Positions 45,780-58,133 of a stretch of 64,000 nt of DNA are shown in pieces. Below the pieces are notes generated by a model. The model was given only the letters and a program-made list of their open reading frames with translations, was not told the origin of the DNA and searched no databases. Position 1 is the first letter of the stretch. Every line of letters starts with the position of its first letter. This DNA comes from Phyllobates terribilis (taxonomy: Eukaryota), in assembly GCF_046119375.1 (NCBI RefSeq), contig NW_027362771.1, forward strand, positions 180,668,001-180,732,000, given 5' to 3'. Made by a program: the position numbers and the translations under genes.

Positions 45780-48293
45780 CCCTCCGTCACATAGAACCGA
45801 TATTGTAACGAGTTCACATACAATGTGACTGTCAGGCGCAGGCTAGAAAAATACCTATAATATCTAATGTTTGCAATTTCAGTGCTCTAAAAGTGATCAG
45901 TGACCTTCATAGGGATGTAATAAAAGAGACTACACATACTCAGGTGCAAAAAAAAAAAAAAAACATTTACTTAACATAAAACTAATAACTCTGAAATACA
46001 AACATTTCAAAACTCCCGCCAAATAGTCCCCAGTTCGACTCTGTCCAAAAACTCTACAAAGAAAATTTATGGAAACAAACTTAATTTTAAGGTACCTTAA
46101 GTACTATTAAACACATATTCAATCAGAATTAGATCCTGAAGTTTCCCCAGAAAAATTACACTTGCAGAGCAAAGAGCAAGAATTACACATCATTTTTGCA
46201 TGTGTCAGGCAGATTGCATTGTGACATTTGTGACATTCATAATTAGAAAGCCTTCTGATTCCGCTTTCCGTGGTGCAGGTGGTGCATCTCCTTCTTTTGG
46301 GAGGTGGTGCAGGTGGTGAATTTTCACTATCATCTTCTGGGCGGAATCTTTTGAGCTGAACTTGAAGGCGAGAGGAGATACCGATTGTTTTCATACTTCT
46401 CCTGCGTAGATCTCCAAGCACTAGTTCATGGGCCAATTTTTTCAGATAGAATCGTCTACGGAGTGGTTCAAGCTTGTTTTCAAGGTAAATGACTTGTGAA
46501 TTTATACCACCCAAATTCAACATAGCAAAAAATATGACCATTGGCCAGCGTTTGGTGTTTCTGCTGACGTTGAAAGTTGAGCACATCTGATCAGCTGTAT
46601 CAACACCCCCTTTGGTTGCATTATAAAATGTAATTATCTCCCGGTTTTTTTTTGCCTCAGTCTCAGGATCGATGGCATCATCATCATGAAGTGTTGATAG
46701 AAGAAGTACAAATTTTTTTTGCTTGTGGTACATAGGAAACCAAAACCTTTCCATTATGGAATGCAAACATACTGCTGTACTGTTGTCTCCCTTTCACACT
46801 TACAAACTGTGTAGGCAATTCTTTTTTATTTTTTCTTACAGTTCCGACATATGAAAGCTTCTGCATTTTCAGATAATCAATCAGATCACAATTTGAAAAC
46901 CAATTGTCAGCTGTTGTATTGCGACCCGATCCAAATAAGGGCTCAGCCAGTCTTTTTACAACATCACTGGGTTTGTTGCTGACACAGTAAGGACCTTCTG
47001 GTTCTTTTCCTGCATAAACTTCCAGGTTGTAAGTGTAGGTCTTACTGGCATCAACAAGGGCATACATTTTTATTCCATAGTTGTTAGGCTTTGATGGAAT
47101 ATATTGACGAAAGGCACATTTACCACGAAAACCAGGGAGCATTTCGTCAATAGTGAGATTCTGCCCAGGGCAATAGCTTTTTTTACAGTTTTCAACAAAT
47201 TTTTGGAATATATCACGAATTGGAGCAAGTCGGTCATGTGTTTTACGTTCGGTTCGGGTAGTTCTGTCGTCAAACCGAAGGCAAAGAATTAGAAGCTTGA
47301 ATCTGTTTATGGACATAACCAGGCCAAATTTTTCAACTCCATCCCCATCTTTACTCCAAAGTTCCTCCAAACGTTGTCTATTTGCCCTATAAGCTCCTGC
47401 AAGGTATAATAATCTAAAAAAAGCACGCAGTTCTATTTCATCTGTGGCCGTGATGGTTCTGTTGCAGATGAACTTGTCCTTTATAATGTCTATATATTGG
47501 TTGGTATATGTGACAATAGAGTCCAGAATGTCATCTGTGAATAAACTATTCCAGCATTCAACTGCAGTTTTTGCATTACTTGCAGTTCCTATAACTGCAG
47601 GAAGGTGAGTAATAATGTTTTGAGGTTCCCTACGTTTTTTCTGGAGTGGCTTCTTGTTCCATTGTTTTTTTTATCTTTTCCCATATAATAAGATTCTACA
47701 TCTTCATCCTCATCACTGTCACCATCTTGCTCTGTTTCAGAATCCACTTCACATACTTCCACCTCATCATGAGAATCAATCTCACTTTCCTCTCCTAAAT
47801 CCTCATTCAGTGTGGGGTCTGCATCATCTAACAGCATGTTTGTTACTTCTTCAACATCAAGGTTTTTTGATAAATTGTACATTTTCCTCTCCATTTCAGC
47901 AGATAATCTGAAGCAAGAGAAGGAATATGTGTTAGGGAACTACTGTATATGCCTGAGCAGCACACTTTCTTTTTTAATCTGCCTTATTTCTATGAAATAT
48001 CCTCACACTTTGTGCTATACATTCATAAAACAAGCTAAATAAACAATTGTGATGAATAAAAACATAAAATACCAACCTTATTGAGTGTGACGTGTTCACA
48101 TACAATGAGCCTGAGAGATTAGCGCAGTTATATCTGTCCTCCTGAAGCTCTGCAATCCAACTGTGGTATGAGGTTTCACAGAGCTGCTAGAGACAGGAGA
48201 CTACCTGGAGGGAGGGGATTTCCTCACAAGTGAGGAAGGAGAAATGAAAGTAAAAGAGATGTGCCTGTCAGGCCTATTGTATGTGACGGAGGG
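45780..48293 (-). mobile_element. Full-length piggyBac transposon (2514 bp)
   Basis: TTAA|CCCTCCGTCACATA…TATGTGACGGAGGG|TTAA (14-bp TIR, TTAA TSD on both sides); transposase 47894→46119. Confidence 0.95.
46119..47894 (-). pseudogene. piggyBac transposase (~591 aa if repaired), two single-base frameshifts, no in-frame stops found
   Basis: Acidic N-terminus; TIDEMLPGFRG, ADNWF and KGGVDTADQ catalytic motifs; C-terminal Cys-rich domain (CTTC…CHKCHNAICLTHAKMMCNSC). Frameshifts in A8 runs at about 47665-47672 and 46713-46720. Confidence 0.88.
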
Positions 48294-50148
48294 TTAATTA
48301 AAATTTCAATTGCCAGCCAGGCCTCCGCATGGTCATCATGTATGCTTTTCTGGCTGCGCACAATTTTCCCTTGACACATTTCGCACACTGAAAATTACCA
48401 TCGGAGACATGGGATGGTGTCCGCATTCAATTGATTTTCTCAATTCCTTGTATAGCTCTCTGATAAAATTTCTACTTTTTGATGAACTGCTTCCATATTT
48501 CATAGATTCTTTATTTAGAAATAGAAAAGGTTGCCAGTCAGATTTTACAAGCAGAGTGACTGATACATGACATATACATTTCATTTGCTGAAACTGGAAT
48601 ACTCATTTAACAAAGTTATAAAATGTTTAATAAGTAATGCTCATTATGCTGAATTTTATTGTGGACCCTTAAGTCTTAAATTCTATTTAGCAGTGCAAAA
48701 GTTTGGATTTCTCTCTTCTAAATGGAGCATTTTAGGTTTTGCGTTAATTTTATGATGCCAAACAGCAGAGGGCGCCACAAGGCAAAAAATAACATAGTAA
48801 TGCAAGGAAAGCAGTGCTGGTAAATCTGCTTATGTTCTAGTTAACATGTTCTTACTGTGCTGGTTGTTAGAAGACTTCTCTCTGTCTCATCCTTTCATGC
48901 TGTTGCTCCTTCAATAGCCATAAGTTATAGTGGTTACAACGCCCCTACGGACTGGAGCAGTAAATGGGTTGACATGAGCATTGATGAATTCAGTTATTGT
49001 TGCCCTGTCATCTCCAGCTCCGAGCAGCTTATCCTATGGATTCAACAATACTTGAGTAACAAGGCTGGGACAAAAAGCAGCCAGAGTGTGCAGTCGCCTA
49101 GGGCGCTATTGAGGAGGGAAGCGTAATTTATGGACTACAAAGGCCACACCATGCTCTACTTTAAAGGGGTTATCTGGGAGCTTAATATTTATAACCTATC
49201 CTTTGGGTAGGTCACCGACATGGAATCTGACTTTTGGGACCCCCACTGACCGGCTGATCACCTGGACTGGGGGTGGTATGGCTCTGTACATTGTGTAATG
49301 GCCTTGCCATGAATGGTACTGCAAGCTTACTCCTAGATAAGTGAATATCATGACCAGTACAGATTGTATGAAGCTGTTTTCAATAGATTCACTTTCATTC
49401 AGTTAATTGGTGAGGGTGCCAGGTGAAGACCCCTACCGATTTAATATTGACGACTATATTAAAATCCTGGAATATGCTTTTATATTTCATTGCACAATAA
49501 TTTTAAAGGAACTCTTTTTCACCAAGTTTTTTACTACCCTATTTGAGTGTAGCAAGATGTAGGGGCAGAGACTCTGATTCCAGCGATCTGTTACTTATCG
49601 GGCTCCTTACTGCAGTTTTAGTAAAATCACCATTTTATCTGCTGCAGATCTACCAGTTCTCTGGATGCTGGGCTCTGTATAACTAGAGTTCTAGTCCTCT
49701 TCCTCTCTGAAGAATCAATTTGCAAAATTAATTTCCCAGGGGAGTATGCATGGTGTATAAGTCTCCTCACTCTGACATGCCAGGCCTGGCTTGTCACTCT
49801 CCACAAGGAGAAATGTAACCCCTTAAACCCCAGTCTTAAGCCTCTTACCCAGTCAAATCAGATCTCATACTTGGCACTGACGAGAGGCAAAACCCCTAAA
49901 CACTGTGTCTGCTGAGAAAGCAAAGCAGTATATAATTCATGAATATATACAATCTGGAAAAGTCCATAATACTGCCAGGGGAAAGGACCTTTTTAGAGGA
50001 CGGATCATCAGATAATAATGGGGGATGTCTGCAGAGCAGAAAAAAAGTGACATTCACTACAGTTCATAATATAAAATATACAAATGTTATTAATACATAT
50101 AAATACAGAAAAAAAGGGACAAAGAATTGCCGAGGACAATATTATATA

Positions 50149-50282
50149 CAGTGCATTGTGAAAGTCCCACTTGTTGATTCTTCCTAAAAAAAATTAGAAT
50201 TTTATATCTTTTATGTTTGAAGCCAGAAATGTGGCAAAAGGTAGAAAAGTTAAAGGGGGCCAAATACTTTCACAAGGCACTG
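50149..50282. mobile_element. 134-bp Tc1 mini-element
   Basis: TA|CAGTGCATTGTGAAAGT…ACTTTCACAAGGCACTG|TA (16/17 TIR match). Confidence 0.75.
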
Positions 50283-51371
50283 TATATAAAATCATCAAAG
50301 ACAGCACGGGGGTGCAACTAGCCAGATAAAGATTATTATATATAGGAAGTAATTATAAAGAGATCCGTTGATGTGTATATCAAACACTCCTGGTCATATC
50401 CTAAAATGCTATGACAATGTTAAATCCATATTATTGTAATCCAGGTACTAATATCCAACACAACAATATTTGAAGGTGCACAAGGCACATGGAATATTCG
50501 GGGAAACAATAATTACCTGGATACACAGCGGGCAGTTGAACACCGCTGCGCATTTGTATATTTTATATGATGGACTGTAGTGATTGTCACTTTTTTCTGC
50601 TCTGCAGACACCCCACATTATAAACTGAGATTCTGGTTTGGATTTTATCCTAAGTCATATGGCAAGGCTCATTGAAGGGTCGATATTGACTTTTAGGATT
50701 GCTACTTCCAATAGGTGGCACTAGAGTTCAAGTCCTCTTCCTCACTGAAGAGGCAATTTACATATTTAATTTCCCAGAGGAGCATGCATGGTGTATAAGT
50801 CTCCTCACTCTGACATGCCAGCCTAAGCATGTCACTCTCCACAAGGAGAAACGTTACCCCTTAGATTTTAGTCGTAAGCCTCTCACCTAGTGAAATCAGA
50901 TTTCAGAGATCTCTGATGAGGCGATTTGCATATTTAAAACTCTATTTACATGATGGCTTAAAATCCAATCTTTATTTCCGCCGCTGATACTGAGATTACA
51001 ACCTTTGATACATAAGGATAGGAGTAATTTTCTGCATTCTGTGTGAAAAAGTGAACATGTTACTGAGTTCTGTACCAAATATTTTAGACTATGCATACAC
51101 AAATCCACATGTCATTTTCCCCTTGCAGGTCAAGGACACGAATGTAATGTAGATTGTCTTCAGATGTGACACCGAATCCAAACCAAAATCTTCGACTAAT
51201 CTGACATTTGTGTATGAGACACAAACTCCCTCCAGTGTTCACACAGTTCTTGTTGAAATTGGATCTGCTTAAAAAAACCTCAGTGTGAACATACCCTAAG
51301 GATTTTGTATACAGCCACCCAACCTTTGACAGTGTAGTTAGCATGGCTGCCTAGTGTCTATATGTCATGGG

Positions 51372-54062
51372 TAGTGTTGAGCATTCCGATACCGCGAATA
51401 TCGGCCGATACCAGATATTACAGTATCGGAATTCCGATACTTTTACAATATCGAATACCGGAATCGGAAGTTCCCATAATGCCTGCGCTCTGCAGTGTCT
51501 CTGAAGTATGACAAGCTGGATGGCAGCGCTGAGCTGAGATCCAGCCTGTCATCAGAATGCCATCCCAGCGTGAGAGAATTCTCCTGATTGTTTAAAAGCC
51601 GGCGGACGGTAAAAAGCCGCAGGCTTTTAAACAATCACACAGCCCCATACTGCTCCCCCGCAGCCTCCCACCCCGATCCTCTGCTCCCCTCGCCACCTCC
51701 CATCCCGATCGTAAGTTAGGACCGGGCGGGGAGCACAGCACCAAGGAGCGGGAAGCGAAGGACCCGGGCAGGGAAGCCGGCAGTGAAAAGACTTCACCGC
51801 CAGCTTTCCCGTTCTGTGCTGCGCTTTCCCGCCGGTTATTTCAAATGAACAGCTGAGGTATCAGGTGATGCTGATCAGCTGTTCATTTGAAGTCGCCGCG
51901 GTGCCCTCAGAGGGTTCATGTGAGTTCATGCTTGACTGCATTGCATGAACTCACATGAACTTTCCCACGGCCGCACAGGTCAGCCTCACCTCCCAGACGA
52001 TCAGACCCATCATGATTGGTGTGTGTGGGTGTCTGTGCGATGTGTGCGAGTGTGCGCGGTGTCTGTGCGATGTCTGCGGGTGTGCGCGGTGTCTGTGCGA
52101 TGTCTGCGGGTGTGTGCGTGCAGGCAAACATAGGCCGATGTGACACTACTACTCCTATCGGCCTATGTCTGTCCCCCGTCCACTCGTGCCAGCAGGATCA
52201 GCTCGATGGGAGCAGTAGTTCCCATCAGCCTGATCCTGCTATTTAAATTGCCCTACTGTGTCCCCAATAAATTTTAAATACATGTCATTGGTGGCCAGTG
52301 GTTACCTAAAAGAAATTAGTTCATACATTACCTGTCCCCGCCGATCGCCACCTAAAATAAAGTAAAAAATAAAAAACTACATCTATACTCACCTAGACAC
52401 CTAATTCCCCGAAGCCATCGATCTCCTGTAATAAAATATAAAATAATAAACCACAACCTTATCCTTACCCCTCCGTAGTAGTCCACGAGTGTCCCACGAA
52501 GATCTCCAGTTTAGAGCAGCCACATAGAATGTGACCGCTCTGAACCGCTGCCGCCGCTAGAATGATGGGGCCGTAAAGCAGCCCTGTCATTGCATAAGCG
52601 GGTTCGCCGGAGTTCAGGCAGCGCTGCTCCGGTTAGCTGCTTTACGGCCCTGCTGTTCCGTGAGAAATTCCCACGGTACAGCAGTGCCGTAAAGGAGGTC
52701 TCCGGAGCAGCGCTGCCTGAATGCACTCCGGTGACCTCAGTCAGTGGCTCCCGCTGCCGGGAGCGGACGTGTTCCCGGCAGTGTGAGCTTACAGCAGCCA
52801 TGCACAGCTGTCACCATCTCCAGATGTGACAGCTGTGCATGGGAGATCAGCGCAGGAACGTGGACAGGTAACTATTTTTTTTTTTAGTAAACTAAGAATT
52901 AAATAAAATGGTGTGTTTTATTTCAAATAAATTATTTTTTTCTGGGTGTAGTGTGTTTTTTATTTTTAACACTTTGTAGGTAAGTAATGGGGGTGTCTTA
53001 TAGACGCCCATCATTACTAACCTGGGCTTTATGGCAGCTGGCGCTGACATGAACCCCACCACTATTACCCCACTGCCACCGCACCAGGGCAGCGTGGAAG
53101 AGCGAGGCTAAGTGCCAGAATGGCCGCATCCTATGGATGCGCCATTTCTGGGGCGGCTGACGGCTGGTGTTTCTAGCCTGGGAGGGGGCCAATATTCATG
53201 GCACCCTTCCTGGGCTATTAATGTCAGCCCCCAGCTGTCTGCCTAGCCTTTGCTAGCTATTAAATTAGGGGGGGACCCCACGTCATTTTTTGGGGGGGTC
53301 CCCCATTTTAACAGCTAGTAAAGGCTAGGTATTCAGCTGGAGGCTGATATTAGTAGCTTGGGAAGCTCCGTGGGTATTACCCCCTTCCCAGGCTTCAAAC
53401 ATCTGCCCCAGCCGTCTGCTTAACCTCCGCTAGAGCCTAAAATTACGGGGAACCCCACGCCAATTTTTTTTTAAATAAATCCTTTATTTTAACACTAAAT
53501 GACAAGTACAGTAATCAACACTGTCACTGTACTTCATATATATGTGACTGACATGTTTCTATTTATCTAATCTATGTGTGATTCTCTATTCCTTCTATTC
53601 TAAATTGTCGGGTACCGCTGCTGAATTGCCGGCCGGCTTTTTTAAAGAGACTGTGCATGAAAACACTATTATTTTTTTTAATAAATCCTTTACACTAAAT
53701 GACAAGTACAGTAAGCAACACTGTCACTGTACTTCATATATATGTGACTGACATGTTTCTATCTATCTAATCTATGTGTGAAGCTCTATTCTTTCTGTTC
53801 TAAATTGTCGGGTACCGGTGTATGCCGCTGCTGAATTGCCGGCTTTTCATGTAATACATTCTACTTTATTCTTAGTTGTTTTACTTCATGTAGAATTAAC
53901 CTACAAGGAAAGAAAGGGTTTATTTTCATTTCGATATTTGTGTCCCATTGACTTGCATTGGTTTCCGGTATCAGAATCGGCGATATCCGATACTTTTTGG
54001 GTATCGGTCCGATCCAATCCGATACGATATTTCCTGATATCGGAAGGTATCGCTCAACACTA
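51372..54062. mobile_element. Non-autonomous hAT-superfamily element (2691 bp)
   Basis: 8-bp TSD GTCATGGG at 51364-51371 and 54063-54070; TIR TAGTGTTGAGC/GCTCAACACTA; clustered subterminal CCGATA/TATCGG motifs at both ends; no transposase ORF. Confidence 0.88.
52030..52115. repeat. About 30-bp GT-rich tandem repeat inside the hAT element
   Basis: GTGTGCGCGGTGTCTGTGCGATGTCTGCGG-like unit, about 3 copies. Confidence 0.7.
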
Positions 54063-56542
54063 GTCATGGGTTATGTTGACACTTGCGATGGATCTCATAT
54101 TTCTGTGTATACCTAGATGTGCACATGGTCATAAAAAGCTAAACTACTATACCATTAAAGAATGCTCCACCCGATAAATGTGTTTATCTGCCCCTGATCT
54201 GGGACATATGCTGCTATCACCTCTAGTTTCTGGTGACCATTGAACCTCAGCTTGCTTTTCATCTGATTCTGAGCCGCTCGCAGTTTAGCAGACTTCAGAT
54301 TCCCATTAGCATCGCTATTCACCTGGCCTCACACCATCACCTCTTTCCAGTCTTCTAGAGCACCTTCAGCTTTGCTGTCAGCTATTTCTCCGCTTGCCTT
54401 CATGGTAAATTTTTCTATAATCAGTGAATTTTCCCAGGACACAGCACTATGCAAACTCCTGCCTGCACAAGAAACTTGTTTTATTTTATTCTAATGTTAG
54501 AACTTTGTTAATTTTTATTTGTATTTTGTCTTTTCCATGGAGTTGAAGTTTCCTTCCTTTTCTCCTTTATACCAGGTGTCTCATGGAAGTTTTTAAATGG
54601 CTATGCATTAAGTCCGCTTTAGCTTTCTAATACGTTCATTTTGGCATTATTTTACTTATATATATTTATTTATTGAATACAGCTACAAAGAAAACAGTAA
54701 GCCACAAAAAAATTTACAGTAATATAAGTTGTAGTATCGGCGTCTCTGCCCCCTGACAGGCAGAGACGCCGTCCCCCTTACCGCCGCGCTCCCGGCCCGG
54801 CGTCTTCCGGCTCTCCTGCTGCTGCCGGCGCGTGCAGCTTCCCGGGCACTGTGCTTAGGGCACGCGCTCCCTCCCTCTTAAAGGGGCCGTGCGCGCCGTC
54901 CTAAGGAGTCCCCGGCCAATGGCCAGAGGACCTCTCATATAAAAGGCACCTCCTCCAAAATGGAGGTGCCCGTGCAAGGTTGTAGCTTTGTGTCCTAACT
55001 CTGCTCCAGCCCTCAGTTCCCGGAATAGAAAAAAATACTCGGGAGCAGTGGGAACAAAATAAGAGCAAGACCTGGCCACTTTCACCTGGTGACAGGTGCA
55101 CTTTAAGTAAATGTTTGCATTTGTATAAAATATCTACAGCTCTTCAGATAAGTTGTGATGCTCTGTGCACCAAGATGGCACTTGGCATTAATATTTTAGA
55201 ATGTTATATTAAAAATCCGATTTATGTTTAGCATCTTATATTCTGAATGTTTTAATATTGCTATACTCAGCATTTTTTCTTACATTCCTTGAGTTTATGT
55301 GATGAGTTTTAGAAGACACAGATGATGTTGTGGGATTTAGATACTTATGTTGTAAATACTCTGTGGCTTTGACTACTCTGCAGGTAGCGAGTTGATAAAT
55401 TAGAGTGTTAGAACCCGGACTAAAGACCCCCCCACCTTGTAGTGAGAAGTCGAGGGCCAGCAAGTACTTAATAATAAATTACCAAGTTCTGCAGTTTAGA
55501 GATTAGGAAACATTCTAAAAGTATAGGATTGGCCGAACATGTACTTCATGCATTGATAACTACCCCCTTCCTGACATCTGCTGTACATGTACGATTCATC
55601 TTGGGTGCCGGTGCACAAAGTGAGCTCATGACCTGAGCATGCGTCACGCAAGGCAGGTGGCGGCGTTCTTTACTACTTAAAAGGAATTTGTCATCAGGTT
55701 TGTGCTATGTAATCTGAGAGCAGCATATGTAGGGGAAGAGACCCTGATTCCAGTGATGTCACTTATTGGGCTGTGTTTGGCTATTCAAAACAAGCAGTGT
55801 TTTATCAGCAAGAGATTATCACTACAGAACAAGCTGCCTTTGTGCCTTCTAGTCCAACCCCGCCCTCAGCACTGATTAGCAGCTCTCTGTACATTGTACA
55901 CAGAAAGCTGCAGGACTCAACTGTCATGGGTGTGTCAGAAGTGACACAGTCGCCCTGCAGATGGTTGCAGGAGATCTCTACATTTAGCATTACAGACATC
56001 TTCTTAGAGGCAGTCTATAGGACCCAGTGGCTACCTTCCTCTGGCTAATTAACACCCTGGCCTGGGTGTATAAATACCTGTTGTGTTTCAGAGTGAGGTG
56101 CTGACGATATTCAATACTACTTCTGAAGGCATTAGCAAGAGCAGTACTTCATCCTCTCTGGAGCTTGAGGACATGTGCACATTTGTCTGGAGTCGTCTAA
56201 AGCTAAGCAATTTCCCCTTGTTTGTTCACCCTTGTTGTCTATAGTGTTTAGTGGAGATCGACTAGTGCTTATCTACTCTCTTCCTTAGCCTTTATAAAAC
56301 AATGAATGAACTTCTAGCGTTTTGTTTTTTTTAATAGGAAGAACCCTTCAAGCTTTTTCTACGTGATTTTTTTCCAGGGAAAACCCACTCAAAAAAACAC
56401 CAGGGGAAAAATAGAAAAATATAGTGTGAACACACTCATACATAAGCCAGTGCTGAGGTAGATGGTCAGATGCATACATGTATGTAAGTATGCTTTTATG
56501 CATCAGTTTACTGAAAGCTAGCCATTGTTAGCATAAAGTTCA

Positions 56543-57362
56543 GCCATTATTCTGTATGGAGTACTATGTGGGGCCCATTATTCTGTATGGAGCACTATGT
56601 GGGGCCCATTATTCTGTATGGAGGACTATGTGGGGCTATTATTCTGTATGGAGGACAATGTGGTGCACATAATATTGTATTGAGGACTATATGGGGCTCG
56701 TTATACTGTATGGAGGACCATGTGGGGCCCATTATTCTGTATGGAGCACCATGTGGGGCCCATTATTCTGTATGGAGGACCATGTGGGGCCCATTATTCT
56801 GTATGGAGGACCATGTGGGGCCCATTATTCTGTATGGAGGACCATGTAGGGCTCATTATTCTGTATGGAGGACCATGTGGGGCCCATTATTCTGTATGGA
56901 GGACCATGTGGGGCCCATTATTCTGTATGGAGGACCATGTGGGGCCCCTTATTCTGTATGGAGGACCATGTGGGGCCCCTTATTCTGTATGGAGGACCAT
57001 GTGGGGCCCCTTATTCTGTATGGAGGACCATGTGGGGCCCCTTATTCTGTATGGAGGACCACGTGGGGCCCCTTATTCTGTATGGAGGACCACGTGGGGC
57101 CCTTTATTCTGTATGGAGGACCACGTGGGGCCCCTTATTCTGTATGGAGGACCACGTGGGGCCCCTTATTCTGTATGGAGGACCACGTGGGGCCCCTTAT
57201 TCTGTATGGAGGACCACGTGGGGCCCCTTATTCTGTATGGAGGACCACGTGGGGCCCCTTATTCTGTATGGAGGACCACGTGGGGCCCCTTATTCTGTAT
57301 GGAGGACCACGTGGGGCCCCTTATTCTGTATGGAGGACTATGTGGGGCTCATTATACTGTAT
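56543..57362. repeat. 31-bp minisatellite, about 26 copies
   Basis: Unit GGGGCCC(A/C)TTATTCTGTATGGAGGACCA(T/C)GT; period of 31 confirmed (CATTATTC at 56761 and 56792). Confidence 0.95.
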
Positions 57363-58133
57363 ACTGGTTGGCCCTCAACTTTGTCCAAGTTTTTAATTTT
57401 GGCCCTCTGTGTGTTTGAGGTTGACATCCCTGCTCTAAAGTGCCGGGTGTATTGCAGCAAATATAGCACTTCAATCTCTGTGACATAGGAACTCCCTAAT
57501 AGTTCAGACATATTGCTGTAACACATTCTGTTTTATTTCACCACGAAGTGCTAACTATAATGGCCAGCAATAGAGAAAGACATTTGGAATAGTGACATTC
57601 CTTCTACTCCTACCTTACTAACATTACACGTAAAGCAATTTGTGGAAAAAAGGGTGAAAACTCATGGGGGAGTTAAAATAGCTATATAACCGAGAAGAAC
57701 AGATTTAGACAAGATACTGTATAACAGGGCAGGCTTTTTAACATTTCTAAATTCAATGTTATGTATTCACAATATAAATAACAACACAGTAAACTAGTGT
57801 GAAGGACTGAAAATGAAAATCTATCAATTTCAGCCTATTTTTCCTGTAATGTTAGTCCAGAGAAAGGGAAGATCCTTAGGTGGAAGTCATTTTTTTCTCA
57901 TCTTAGGTAAAATCCCTTTATTGATTCCAAATATGATCCATGGATCAATAACCAATCAGCATTGTTTGCAGAATAATTAGACAATATTTATTTCTGATGA
58001 TTAACTTTATTATTGAATAACTACAGAGCTGTTGGTCAATCCAAAAGTTTAATAAACCTGAATATTTAAGAAAGTAAAAGTGAGGGTTTGTCTTTCTTAG
58101 GAGAATATGGGTGCAGAATTATTGGACAACTAT

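Noticed and set aside
51916-52829. Cys/Val/Ala-rich and mirrored ORFs
   Set aside because: Products of the GT-rich repeat and palindromes inside the hAT element.
56566-57488. Three long ORFs (276, 232, 207 aa) and a superficially CRISPR-like array
   Set aside because: Translations of a 31-bp tandem repeat that lacks stop codons. Units are contiguous with no unique spacers, there are no cas genes, and the context is eukaryotic.
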